Source: a virus (taxonomy: Duplodnaviria; Caudoviricetes). Taken from it: 55,785 bases of DNA. The notes beneath the pieces are model-generated. The model did no database searches. It was not told where the DNA came from and saw only the letters and a program-made list of their open reading frames with translations. Positions 38,008-47,730 of the stretch are shown one piece after another. How positions within the stretch are numbered: position 1 is the stretch's first letter; every line of letters starts with the position of its first letter. Position numbers and translations under genes: made by a program. The DNA lies in IMG/VR virus record IMGVR_UViG_3300031652_000003, positions 1 to 55,785 of that record; one strand, 5' to 3'.

Positions 38008-40539
38008 ATGAAAAGGATATTTATCATATTAGGACTATTTATATTTATTCTAAATAGCTATGGTCAACAAGATGGTGAGTTTGATAACTTAGATGTTTTG
38101 TATGAGTCAAGATATAAAGGTGTATTAATTGAAGACTGGATTAATGACAGTACTCCGGCAAGTTCTATAGCTGGCGATAACGGACTCACAAAAACAGGTT
38201 CAAACATAGGGCTAGGTGGCACTTTGAATACTAATACTGAAATATTAGGTGTTGGTTATCCATTAACTTTAGGAACAAATTTAAGTAGGTTGGGCGATTT
38301 TACTGTTCAGTCTATAGATACATATATAAGTGCGAACGGAGAGTTTACTTTAGAAGTTGGAGGCGTTGAATGGGTATTTAATGGAGTATATTTCATCTCT
38401 GACGGCGGTGATACATTAATGACAAATGATTTAGTTGACGCCAAAATATTAGCAAACGCATCTTATTTACCCTTTAACTACAATTACAATTACAGCACCA
38501 CGATAACAGATTCTCGCCCGGGAGTTGGTTATTTCAGATTAAATAACGCCATTTATTCAAATGTAACTTATATATTTATTGATAATTTTGATGTAAATAG
38601 TACAGATAAAAGTGATTATTTACAGCAACCCGACACAGGCTCTTATATAAGTATATCAGACGGGGTTAATTATGTTAACTTCCAACTTAGCGGAGCTTTA
38701 ACTGCGGCTAGTTCTTATTATAAATATGCCGTCACTTACTTGTCGCATAGCGGTGTTTTATCAGGCACTTGTAAGATAAGCATGGATTTAAGCAACAATT
38801 TAGGAAGAAGCGATGCTGATAGCTTATATCATGAATATTCTAGCAAATGGTTAGCAAATGGTGACACAATACTAATACAAGATACATCAACCTATGCAGA
38901 CACAGCAACTTATGCGTTAAATACTCCTTCAGATTCATTGTATCACAAAGACACTCAAACGTGGTTATTAAATGGCGGCACAATACCAAAGTCTGATAGT
39001 GTTAGGTTAGAAATGACAGCAACGAATAAGCTTACAACAGATTCTATTTACTCTGAAAATGATATTGTTTTATATTCCGGCGAGTCATTAGAGCTTAATT
39101 TTGGAGGAAATATTTACACTTATGATGGCGCTTACTTCTATGACGATTCTGATACTTTAGCTAAAAAATCTGATATCCCATCGAGTGATAGTTCTTGGGT
39201 TTCATTTACTACAGACACCGTTAAAAATAAAACTAGTGCTGGATTGGTATTACAATCTACATCAGGGAGTGTAATTTTAGATTCGGATTCGGACACAGTT
39301 AAAATTACTACCGGGTCTAACTCATACAAATATATCAATGACACGGCAGATTATGCTTTAAACAACCTTAGAGCGAATCTATTTAGAAGTTATAATAGCT
39401 ACTTTTCTTATGCGGATAGTTTAGTGTTCTCAGGAGAACCTATATTATTCAACGGAGTTCTTGTTATAGCAGATTCAAATGTAGGGTCACCACGATTATA
39501 TTCTTATTTTTCATACGATAATAGTACATCATTTATGTATCAATATAGCAATGCTTTCAAGGTTCAACAGTCAAGCGCAGGTATATCATCAAGAATTATG
39601 CTAACCCCTCTTAACGTAGCAGCTATTACGGCAACTGATGCATCTGATAATGTATCTTACATAAGTGCTGTTCCTACCGAGGGAGTTAAATTATATCAAC
39701 TTGATGCTGGAACATCTACAACTATACCTGTATTGACGATAAGCAAAGATTCTGTATCAATAACTAAAAATGACATCCCTTTATATACATTTAGGGATGA
39801 TACTTTAGATATGACTACATCAAGTTTGATTACTAAATCTATAATAGCTTATGAAATTACTAGATTAAATAAAGCTGAAACAGACACTTTAATAATGGGG
39901 GCAGATTCGGCTACACAAATATTGCCAGCGCAAACTTACATTCCATTGATGGACTTGGACAGCATACAAGTTGATAAGCTAGTAGGCTCTACAAATAGAG
40001 ATAGTATTTATATTGGAGGTAATTTATACATCTCAGCAGATTTGTTTGTATATGGTAAATCTTTTTTGAATAAATATACAGCTCATGCCTATATTTCGAC
40101 AGATAGTGTCGCGACAACGTCTCTATCAACTACATGGACATTTTTAGGGAGTGGAACAAACAATAAGTTCATTAACGATTTAAGTGATGGGTTCACATTT
40201 GACGACGATACATTAGTGTTCGATCCAATGTCAACAGATTCTAGAGATTCCGTTCGGCACATATTGAATTATGATGGACTAAGTGCAACTAGTTCTGTTA
40301 ATGAAACGGTATATTATGGGATATTTGTAAAACATGTTGGAGGGTCTTATATCGAACAGGCTGCTTTTACAAAGTCTACAACAACGAGTACAGCGGACGT
40401 GTATTATCCAGGAGCTATATGCACAGGTGCTGTGTTGTGGTTAAAGGATGGCGATAAAATCCAAATTAGAGTCAAATGTGAAACAGGGACAACAACATTA
40501 AGTACAACATCGTTTGGAATACTATTAAAAGAGGAATAA
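38008..40539 (+). CDS. Tail-fibre or adhesin-like protein with a Sec signal peptide
   Basis: MKRIFIILGLFIFILNSYG-Q; NGLT....IGLGGTL motif; S/T/D-rich. Confidence 0.65.
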   Translation: MKRIFIILGLFIFILNSYGQQDGEFDNLDVLYESRYKGVLIEDWINDSTPASSIAGDNGLTKTGSNIGLGGTLNTNTEILGVGYPLTLGTNLSRLGDFTVQSIDTYISANGEFTLEVGGVEWVFNGVYFISDGGDTLMTNDLVDAKILANASYLPFNYNYNYSTTITDSRPGVGYFRLNNAIYSNVTYIFIDNFDVNSTDKSDYLQQPDTGSYISISDGVNYVNFQLSGALTAASSYYKYAVTYLSHSGVLSGTCKISMDLSNNLGRSDADSLYHEYSSKWLANGDTILIQDTSTYADTATYALNTPSDSLYHKDTQTWLLNGGTIPKSDSVRLEMTATNKLTTDSIYSENDIVLYSGESLELNFGGNIYTYDGAYFYDDSDTLAKKSDIPSSDSSWVSFTTDTVKNKTSAGLVLQSTSGSVILDSDSDTVKITTGSNSYKYINDTADYALNNLRANLFRSYNSYFSYADSLVFSGEPILFNGVLVIADSNVGSPRLYSYFSYDNSTSFMYQYSNAFKVQQSSAGISSRIMLTPLNVAAITATDASDNVSYISAVPTEGVKLYQLDAGTSTTIPVLTISKDSVSITKNDIPLYTFRDDTLDMTTSSLITKSIIAYEITRLNKAETDTLIMGADSATQILPAQTYIPLMDLDSIQVDKLVGSTNRDSIYIGGNLYISADLFVYGKSFLNKYTAHAYISTDSVATTSLSTTWTFLGSGTNNKFINDLSDGFTFDDDTLVFDPMSTDSRDSVRHILNYDGLSATSSVNETVYYGIFVKHVGGSYIEQAAFTKSTTTSTADVYYPGAICTGAVLWLKDGDKIQIRVKCETGTTTLSTTSFGILLKEE

Positions 40540-40542
40540 ATT

Positions 40543-42117
40543 ATGAAAAAACTATTTATAATATTAGCTTTTTTGCCCCTGTTCGGATTCGGGCAAAAAT
40601 CGTTATTGGGGTTTGATGGCGGAATATTAGGGTTTAATAATACTCTTCTATCAGCATCACGATTAGATACAGTGATATTAATTCATATGATAGGACAAGA
40701 TAATATTGGTGGTGGTGCCTTAATATCAGGGTTAACAGGTAACTTAGAAAAATACACTGGGGAACAAGGTGTATTTATATTTGATTCTACTAATTTCAAT
40801 AAAATTAATTCAGATGTAAATAATAATCAGTTTCCTGTATCACAACAAAACTCACATTTTGGTCTTGAATTATCACTAGCCTACAGGTTAGACAGTTTGT
40901 TACCCGGAAATATATATATTAATAAATATGCTATAGGAAGTTCATATTTATACGCTGACCCCACATTAGATTGGAACGTAGTCAGTACGGAAGAGCTTTA
41001 TTATAGGTTCAAAAATATGAGGAGTAGGGCTTTAGATAAATTATCAAGTTGTGTCGTGGTAGAATATGTGGTCTGGTATCAAGGCGAAAAAGACGCTTCA
41101 AGTTTGGCGGCTTCCAACGTATACGCTGCTAATTTGAATAACTTTATAGATTCTGTGAACACTTTAACGGATAGTTGTAAATTCTATTGTGTAAGAATTC
41201 ATGAAGATATGGCTAATATTGGATATCCTTACCACGACACTATTCGAGGCTCGCAATATAGTGTTTTTCAAAATCATTATAACACTGAATTAGTGACTGT
41301 TGATGATTATAGTTTACAAACAGATAGCATTCATCTTAACGTACAAGGAGAAATTGATTTAGGTGAAAAATTGGCTGTTCGTATAGAACAAGACTTTACT
41401 CCTTCTGTAGAAGCAGTTAATTTATATGCGAGATTTACAAATCCAACGCTGAATGAGAGAACTAAAATAATACATGTATTTGATTCAATGAACTATAAAG
41501 GATTGACAGATAGCACTAATATATTATACTTTTTCAAAACTAACAACGAGACAAATGCAAACTTAAATTGGATGAGCTCATCTTTTACCGGTACGCCTAT
41601 GAATTCCCCAACATTTTATTCAGATTCAGGGTACGTATTTTCTTCTGCAAGTTCACAATATTTTAATACTAATTTTAACACTAGTTCAGATTTTGATTAT
41701 CCGCTTAAATATATGTCAATGGGTATTTATTCGAGTGCTGCTATAGGGTCCGGACTATACGCTGATATTGGGAATAGTAATGGGGTGCAAAGAAATTATA
41801 TTACAGCTTCATATAACGGGAATATGTATGGATTTCTATCTACAATATCAATTAGCGGGGCTAACACTTCGGATGTAGGGTTATTTTCGGTTAGGCGAGA
41901 TGTAATTGATGAATATATCTATAGAAATACTACCGAGATAGCTAATGGAATTCTCGCAGATACAGTTAGAATTAATTATGATCTGTATATAGGTGCTTTA
42001 AGTGCTTCACAATATTCTAATCGTTCATATTCTTGTATGTGGTTTGGAAGATTTCAAAATATATCTGGAATATATGGAATAATAAATCAATATTTGTATG
42101 ATAAATTAATATTTTAA
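40543..42117 (+). CDS. SASA/SGNH sialate O-acetylesterase-like domain plus beta-rich domain, with a signal peptide
   Basis: GQDN (canonical GQSN), WYQGEKDA, DSIH. Confidence 0.75.
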   Translation: MKKLFIILAFLPLFGFGQKSLLGFDGGILGFNNTLLSASRLDTVILIHMIGQDNIGGGALISGLTGNLEKYTGEQGVFIFDSTNFNKINSDVNNNQFPVSQQNSHFGLELSLAYRLDSLLPGNIYINKYAIGSSYLYADPTLDWNVVSTEELYYRFKNMRSRALDKLSSCVVVEYVVWYQGEKDASSLAASNVYAANLNNFIDSVNTLTDSCKFYCVRIHEDMANIGYPYHDTIRGSQYSVFQNHYNTELVTVDDYSLQTDSIHLNVQGEIDLGEKLAVRIEQDFTPSVEAVNLYARFTNPTLNERTKIIHVFDSMNYKGLTDSTNILYFFKTNNETNANLNWMSSSFTGTPMNSPTFYSDSGYVFSSASSQYFNTNFNTSSDFDYPLKYMSMGIYSSAAIGSGLYADIGNSNGVQRNYITASYNGNMYGFLSTISISGANTSDVGLFSVRRDVIDEYIYRNTTEIANGILADTVRINYDLYIGALSASQYSNRSYSCMWFGRFQNISGIYGIINQYLYDKLIF

Positions 42118-42122
42118 TAAAG

Positions 42123-42215
42123 ATGAAAAAGTTTCTAAATTGGCAGAGAGTTGAAGATGGCAATAGCGATTTGGGCAATGGCGATGCAGACGAACCAACA
42201 CCACCTGATAAATGA
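42123..42215 (+). CDS. 30-aa peptide translationally coupled to the next gene
   Basis: MKKFLNWQRVEDGNSDLGNGDADEPTPPDK; ATGA overlap at 42212. Confidence 0.5.
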   Translation: MKKFLNWQRVEDGNSDLGNGDADEPTPPDK

Positions 42216-42598
42216 AAAAGATAGCCACTATATTTGTTGTCATAGGCTTGTTTTTAGGGCTATTTTCAGCTATTGTTCCTTACGCTGATATATTTAGTGT
42301 TAAGTGGGAAAATAGGATATACTTTAGAGGTATACTATTAGGGTTTTTATTAATAAGTTTTAGTGCCGCATTAATTGAAAACCGATACATTCAAGATGCA
42401 ATAATAGCGTTGGGGAGCGGTATTATGTCATTATTATTTATAAGTACTTTAAATCTATTAATTGATACTCCTCAAGATAATATTATTAAGACAGAGTTTT
42501 ATTTTACAGCTACGTTTTGGATTATCGGTGGAGTGTTTATTATCTTAACAATTTCGCGGCTATGGTTGAACAAACTATTAACATTTATAGGGCTTTAG
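42212..42598 (+). CDS. 4-TM membrane protein
   Basis: Hydrophobicity pattern. Confidence 0.65.
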   Translation: MKKIATIFVVIGLFLGLFSAIVPYADIFSVKWENRIYFRGILLGFLLISFSAALIENRYIQDAIIALGSGIMSLLFISTLNLLIDTPQDNIIKTEFYFTATFWIIGGVFIILTISRLWLNKLLTFIGL

Positions 42599-42840
42599 AA
42601 TATGTAGGGTTAGTTATGACAATTATCATAGCTGCAATGGTGATAGGCCGGAATATAAAAAAAGGCTACCAGAATTACGTAGATAATAAAATTGATATTA
42701 TGGATACAAAGATAACGTCAATACAAAGAGAAGTGCACGACAATAAGCACAACAATCAACGAGAACATGACGCGATTAAAGAAGAGTTTTTATCAAGGGT
42801 TAATATGATTTTTGAATGGATAAAATCGCAATCAAATTAA
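42562..42840 (+). CDS. Holin-like protein (1 TM plus coiled coil)
   Basis: Topology and position before the endolysin. Confidence 0.5.
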   Translation: MVEQTINIYRALEYVGLVMTIIIAAMVIGRNIKKGYQNYVDNKIDIMDTKITSIQREVHDNKHNNQREHDAIKEEFLSRVNMIFEWIKSQSN

Positions 42841-42852
42841 TACTAAGAAATA

Positions 42853-43209
42853 ATGAAAATAACCACAACACTAACTATCATGTGCCTGATTCTTTTTTCA
42901 TGTCAGGAGTCAGGCACTTACTCCGAGTCTTACGTTCAGCTTAAGAATGACACTATTCAGATGCAAAAGGAAATGTTTGATATCCTCCAGCACAATTGCA
43001 ATAGTTTCATTTCTGAATTACAAGGGCGGAATGTTATTCAATCAGATGCTTATGAGTACACAGTTAAAGGAGCCAGAGACACAGATAGCTTGTCTATAAC
43101 TGTCAATAAGGATTATTTGAACGCTACAATTCTAATCAGGGACGGACAGAAGGAAATAAGAATAGGTTATGGAAGGGGAGGGTTATTAATAGATAATCCA
43201 TATGAATAA
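42853..43209 (+). CDS. Putative lipoprotein
   Basis: LILFSC lipobox. Confidence 0.6.
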   Translation: MKITTTLTIMCLILFSCQESGTYSESYVQLKNDTIQMQKEMFDILQHNCNSFISELQGRNVIQSDAYEYTVKGARDTDSLSITVNKDYLNATILIRDGQKEIRIGYGRGGLLIDNPYE

Positions 43210-43337
43210 AATTAGATGGAGTAAGGAGCCTTATAGTTCATTTAGAAGGGCTACCGGAAGCACTGAAAAAGCTATTGAACTACTTGAGTTTATGAAGAAA
43301 AATGAACATGTAAGAAAGCAAATAATAAGAGAATATT

Positions 43338-43760
43338 ATGAAATATAAACTGAGTCAAAGAAGCCTAAATAAATTAGCTGAATGTCACGAAGATTTGCAG
43401 GTTTTAGCTAAAGAGGCAATTAAATTAAGCCCATATGATTACGGCATAAGCTGGGGATATCGCTCACCAATTTTACAAAACGAGCTTTATCAACAAGGTA
43501 GAACTAAAGAGGGTAATATAGTTACAAATGTAGATGGCTACAATAAAAAATCTAAACACAATCATTTACCAGCATTAGCATTCGACATAGTTGCCTATGT
43601 TGATGGTAAGGTCACATGGGAACGGTCTGTATACATGGAGATAGGCGTGCATATAATGGAAGTAGCCGAAGAACTTTTCGAAAAAGATTTAATTAAAAAC
43701 AGAATAACTTGGGGCGGACACTGGCACAAGTTTAAAGATTGGCCTCATTTTCAGATATGA
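43338..43760 (+). CDS. Endolysin, M15-family L-Ala-D-Glu peptidase
   Basis: GYRS..LYQQGRT..VTN..SKHN..AFD..WGG.W..DWPHFQ. Confidence 0.92.
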   Translation: MKYKLSQRSLNKLAECHEDLQVLAKEAIKLSPYDYGISWGYRSPILQNELYQQGRTKEGNIVTNVDGYNKKSKHNHLPALAFDIVAYVDGKVTWERSVYMEIGVHIMEVAEELFEKDLIKNRITWGGHWHKFKDWPHFQI

Positions 43761-44158
43761 GCAAGCAAAAATACATAATACCCTCGGTAATTGCATTGTT
43801 GATAACATTGTTAGCTCTGACAGACGCTCTATTTTTTAAGGGAGATAAAAGCTTAAGTAAGATTGTCGAGGAAATTAGCATCCTGATATTATTTTATTTG
43901 CCTTTATTGTACCCTAGAAATCCACCATTTAAGTTTCTACTTAACATAATATTAACCTATATATTTTTACGAATAGCGCTTTTTGATGTGTTCTTTAATA
44001 TATTCGCAGGTTTAGATGTGTATTATTTAGGTTCAACTGATATTTGGAACTGCTTATTAAGCAATATAGGATTGCATTTTATGTTGTTCTGGATATATAA
44101 AGCCTTTTTCATATTCTTAGTGGTTATAATTTGGATTAAAAATATAAGCAATGGATAA
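43757..44158 (+). CDS. Membrane protein
   Basis: Multiple TM segments. Confidence 0.65.
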   Translation: MSKQKYIIPSVIALLITLLALTDALFFKGDKSLSKIVEEISILILFYLPLLYPRNPPFKFLLNIILTYIFLRIALFDVFFNIFAGLDVYYLGSTDIWNCLLSNIGLHFMLFWIYKAFFIFLVVIIWIKNISNG

Positions 44159-44393
44159 ATATCTAATAGGCGGATTAGCGGTTTCGTTACTAATCAATAT
44201 GCTTACAATTTGGTTGCTGTTTAAGAAGCCAACAACACACAACGAAATAGCTAATCTAAAGCAGAAGAACAAGCGAAATAAAAACTCTAATATCGATAAC
44301 GATATAAGTGCTAAGATGGAAGCTAAAGAGCCTAAAAAAGGCTTATTTAAAAACAGAGAAAAACGATTACTCAGAAAGAGTAAAAACAAATAA
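44151..44393 (+). CDS. 1-TM protein with a basic tail (lysis accessory)
   Basis: N-terminal TM helix. Confidence 0.55.
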   Translation: MDKYLIGGLAVSLLINMLTIWLLFKKPTTHNEIANLKQKNKRNKNSNIDNDISAKMEAKEPKKGLFKNREKRLLRKSKNK

Positions 44394-44420
44394 TTTTAAT
44401 ATTAACTAAAAAAAGAAACA

Positions 44421-44768
44421 ATGAAATTAAATGCGTTTTGGAAAGGGTTGATAATGGCCTTAGTTGGCTTTGTCGCCACGACATTATCAGATTTAGAAAC
44501 ATTCAACGCCGCGTATGTTATTATCGCGACATTAGGTTTTACAGTTATTTATGTCGCTAAAAATTACGCGTTCCCGTCTATTTCAGTTTTTGGCTTAGAT
44601 ATTCGGGATGCTATCTCTGGATTAATTCTGGCGGTAGGTATGGGGTTGTCAAGTTATGTTGCTCAAATACTGACTACAGGGTTTGAATGGCAGACATTAT
44701 GGATTGCTGTATCTGGAGCTGTAGTTGGTTATATTATGAAAACACTGCCGTCAAAAGCAAAAGAATAG
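44421..44768 (+). CDS. Holin-like 4-TM protein with an internal two-fold repeat
   Basis: GLIMA..G..YVAKN / GLILA..G..YIMKT. Confidence 0.55.
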   Translation: MKLNAFWKGLIMALVGFVATTLSDLETFNAAYVIIATLGFTVIYVAKNYAFPSISVFGLDIRDAISGLILAVGMGLSSYVAQILTTGFEWQTLWIAVSGAVVGYIMKTLPSKAKE

Positions 44769-44838
44769 TTTCTTTTCATAGTTCGAGGGTCTATCTTTAG
44801 GGATAAGCTCTTTATTCTCTCACAACGCGGGTTATTCT

Positions 44839-44870
44839 AGCCTCGACAATTAATTTTGTCGGGGCTTTTT
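44839..44870 (+). terminator. Terminator of the late operon
   Basis: agcctcgacaa/ttgtcggggct followed by Ts. Confidence 0.8.
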
Positions 44871-44877
44871 GTTAAAC

Positions 44878-44921
44878 ATGACATTTATCATTGTTTTTTG
44901 GGGATTGCATAAGTATATTTA
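44878..44921 (+). promoter_or_regulatory. ATGAC-N4-RTCAT palindrome plus -7 box at +22
   Basis: atgacatttatcat, then tatattta at 44914. Confidence 0.75.
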
Positions 44922-45049
44922 CATTATATTAATTATTACATAAAACAATAATTACTAAAGGAGAAACTTAAAATGTAAACGGTTAGAGAAAACCTAACAC
45001 ACCGCCCCAGCTCCGTAAATGGTCTGAGGTTTTTGGGTGGAAACAAAAA

Positions 45050-45154
45050 AAATATAGAGAGTAGCAACCCGAAAAAACACTGGTAGTGGCTTAGTGGCAT
45101 GATGGGTGAGCAGTAATACAGCGGAAACTTTATGCTCTGCCATTCTCTATATTT
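45050..45154 (+). ncRNA. Candidate three-way-junction RNA in a long leader
   Basis: P1 45050-66/45138-54, P2 accc/gggt and P3 gagca/tgctc abut exactly. Confidence 0.5.
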
Positions 45155-45183
45155 ATTATTGTGTATTATAAACTGAGAAAATT

Positions 45184-45441
45184 ATGGATGTAACGACAAA
45201 AGGCAACGTGGTTGCTAATAAAATAAAAGTAGGTGATATACACCACGAATTTGAGTATGGATGCGCAATTAAATGTAAAGTAATTACATTACCAGTCAAT
45301 GACGGTAACGGTTACTGGACATGGAAAAGCAGAAATGTAAACACAGGTGAAGAAATCAAATATGGCGTACGTGAAAATATGAGCCATTACGCCCCAAATT
45401 TATATGATTATGAAGCTTACCCTGGTTGCAAGTTTGTTTAG
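45184..45441 (+). CDS. Hypothetical protein
   Basis: ORF track. Confidence 0.65.
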   Translation: MDVTTKGNVVANKIKVGDIHHEFEYGCAIKCKVITLPVNDGNGYWTWKSRNVNTGEEIKYGVRENMSHYAPNLYDYEAYPGCKFV

Positions 45442-45502
45442 TATAAGGTTATATATTGTAACGGACAGTACTAATATCAAATAACCCAAATAGAGAACGA
45501 TT

Positions 45503-45808
45503 ATGTATAACAAATTTAATTTATTAAGGAAATATTTTACAGAGAATTATCCTCAAATACCTAAAGAGGCATTAAGTGATTATGTACTTTCAGAAATATT
45601 AGATATTGCAAAAGAAGAACTAAAGGCAAGCGAGAAGATAGTGAGCGATGCCGAACAAGCAAATGAATCATCACCGCTCGATAGCGTTTTTGTACTACAG
45701 CATAAAGAGACTAGAAGACTACATGGTTGCTTTGATAATAGAGAAAAGGCTGAAAGCTACGCAAATGGTAGTACGAATATATCGATAATGGAGCTTGAAA
45801 TAGCTTGA
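45503..45808 (+). CDS. Hypothetical protein
   Basis: ORF track. Confidence 0.6.
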   Translation: MYNKFNLLRKYFTENYPQIPKEALSDYVLSEILDIAKEELKASEKIVSDAEQANESSPLDSVFVLQHKETRRLHGCFDNREKAESYANGSTNISIMELEIA

Positions 45809-45917
45809 TAAACGTAGTTTTATAAGAAACTTAAACAAATGAATTACTTTGAAAAGAAGAACCCCGAAATTATGCACACGGTTCAAACGGAAATATAAAT
45901 TTTAAAATACAAGAGCG

Positions 45918-46175
45918 ATGGCAGAAACACCATTAAGAAAAAATGAACTTAGAGTAATTGCATTATTAAGTGGAATGATAAGGCAATACAATGAAATAGA
46001 CAGCAATATTCCACTAGATGATATGTATAAATTAATATGTAAAACGGCTATTGAAATACTAAATGTGTGTGAAAGCGAACAGTTGAGTTGCGACACTTGT
46101 ATTGACTTAAACAACTTAACAGGCACACAAAAATGTAGTGAGTGCAGTAAATATGATAAACATAGAGCAACTTAA
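45918..46175 (+). CDS. Hypothetical protein with a C-terminal CxxC..CxxC module
   Basis: ORF track; followed by the conserved site at 46183. Confidence 0.6.
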   Translation: MAETPLRKNELRVIALLSGMIRQYNEIDSNIPLDDMYKLICKTAIEILNVCESEQLSCDTCIDLNNLTGTQKCSECSKYDKHRAT

Positions 46176-46650
46176 TTGACTACAACACGCGAATAAATAC
46201 ATATACGATTTTGTACATTAAAATAAACTGTAAAAAAATTATGAAAATTAAAGTAGGAATTAAAAATAAGGAGTATTATGCTGGAATATATATTTGCAGC
46301 GGTGGAATTTCTTCATTAGTAAATTATAGACAAGGTAAAAAACTTTGGAAAGTTCTAGGAGTGTTTAGGTTAAAAAATTTATGGATTGGGTTGATTGGAA
46401 AACGAACCAAATAATTTTTTATTGTTTATGATTTCTGTTATAAATACGTAAGATTATGGAAAAAGTAAGTTTAGATTTATCTTATAATGATAAAGACAAA
46501 AAGGAATACGAATCTTTTTTTGAGCAGTTAGAAGAAGAGGGATGGCAGCTTGAAAATACATTTATAGATCAAAGAAAAGGTAAAGGCAATTATTATTACC
46601 GCACAATGATTAGAAGGATTGTGAAATAATTTTTTTATAAAACACAAAAC

Positions 46651-46694
46651 ATGACATTTGTCATTTCGTATAACATAATTATCAATTAAATTGC
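46651..46694 (+). promoter_or_regulatory. Perfect ATGAC-N4-GTCAT palindrome plus -7 box at +22
   Basis: atgacatttgtcat, then taaattgc at 46687. Confidence 0.78.
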
Positions 46695-46899
46695 AAATAA
46701 AAAAGCTATGATAGTAAAAGCAAAACTAGGAAGCAAAATTAGATGTTTCGAGATTCCATCTTTTTTAGAAGAAAAGTTTCTCGATGATATTGAGAAACAT
46801 ACTCCTATAGGCATGATGATATCTTACACTCAGTTAATAAGATGGTTTAGGCATAATAAAGTTGCCATTAATGAAGTGTTAATATAATATATATCCTAA

Positions 46900-47157
46900 A
46901 TGATTGAAGAATTAATTCATATAAACACTGAAAAGAAAATAAGAACTCATAGATTAATATCGGGGGAGCAAGATAACGAGAAGTGTATTTACATTTATCA
47001 TTATTACACTAAAGGGTATTTCGATATTAAGGAGTCTAAAGATAAACTAAAGCGTAGAAACCCAGAGGATGAAGCTTTTTTATTAGATGCAAATAAATTC
47101 GGAATTAAACTATTAAAAATCCATGATCATGAAATGGAACAAAAAAGAGGTAAGTAA
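46900..47157 (+). CDS. Hypothetical protein
   Basis: ORF track. Confidence 0.55.
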   Translation: MIEELIHINTEKKIRTHRLISGEQDNEKCIYIYHYYTKGYFDIKESKDKLKRRNPEDEAFLLDANKFGIKLLKIHDHEMEQKRGK

Positions 47158-47386
47158 ATTCGAGCAAGTTCAGGTTAATGTTCACTACAAGACAAGAAAG
47201 CAGGTTGAATACAAAGGCGAAAAAACAACCATTAACTATGACAAGAAAATTTGCGGATTAATAGTTAGTTCTGGCGATAATGATATTCAGTTCTTGCCTA
47301 ATAATGACGATATTACTAGGAGTATACTGTATTCTCAAATTGTGAATATTACACCTCCCGAGCCGGATTATTATCAAACGACATAA
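47123..47386 (+). CDS. Hypothetical protein
   Basis: ORF track. Confidence 0.55.
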   Translation: MIMKWNKKEVSKFEQVQVNVHYKTRKQVEYKGEKTTINYDKKICGLIVSSGDNDIQFLPNNDDITRSILYSQIVNITPPEPDYYQTT

Positions 47387-47414
47387 TATAAGTTTTATAA
47401 CTAAAATTATAACA

Positions 47415-47660
47415 ATGATTAAAGAAATAGTAGAAGCAACGATTAAAGAATGTTACCCTAAATTTGTAAGCGTAACAACACTACCAAGCGATTTTGAAAC
47501 ACAGGTGCTTAACGAAGTAAGAGAGCAAGTTAAAAATTTGAATATACCTACTGTTAGCAACCGAAGGGAACTGCTAATTTCCTACACTTTAAAGATGCTT
47601 AGTTGCACAGACGAACACGCAGAAACAATGGTTGATAGTTATTTGAGCTTATATGGCTAA
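47415..47660 (+). CDS. Hypothetical protein fused across a GTTAGC junction at 47553
   Basis: KNLNIPTVSNRRELL. Confidence 0.6.
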   Translation: MIKEIVEATIKECYPKFVSVTTLPSDFETQVLNEVREQVKNLNIPTVSNRRELLISYTLKMLSCTDEHAETMVDSYLSLYG

Positions 47661-47683
47661 TATTTTGCATGTGGTCTTAAGGC

Positions 47684-47730
47684 TAACGGTAAGAATAAAT
47701 GGGCGTTTTAATGCCATTTATTTATTGTTA
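47684..47730. mobile_element. Short attC-like hairpin (47 bp)
   Basis: taacggtaagaataaatgggcg / tgccatttatttattgtta. Confidence 0.75.

Noticed and set aside
38008-42117. Diversity-generating retroelement acting on tail genes
   Set aside because: No reverse transcriptase and no template/variable repeat pair were seen.
18839-44768. Stop-codon reassignment
   Set aside because: Long genes are intact under code 11 and all three stop codons are used as ends.
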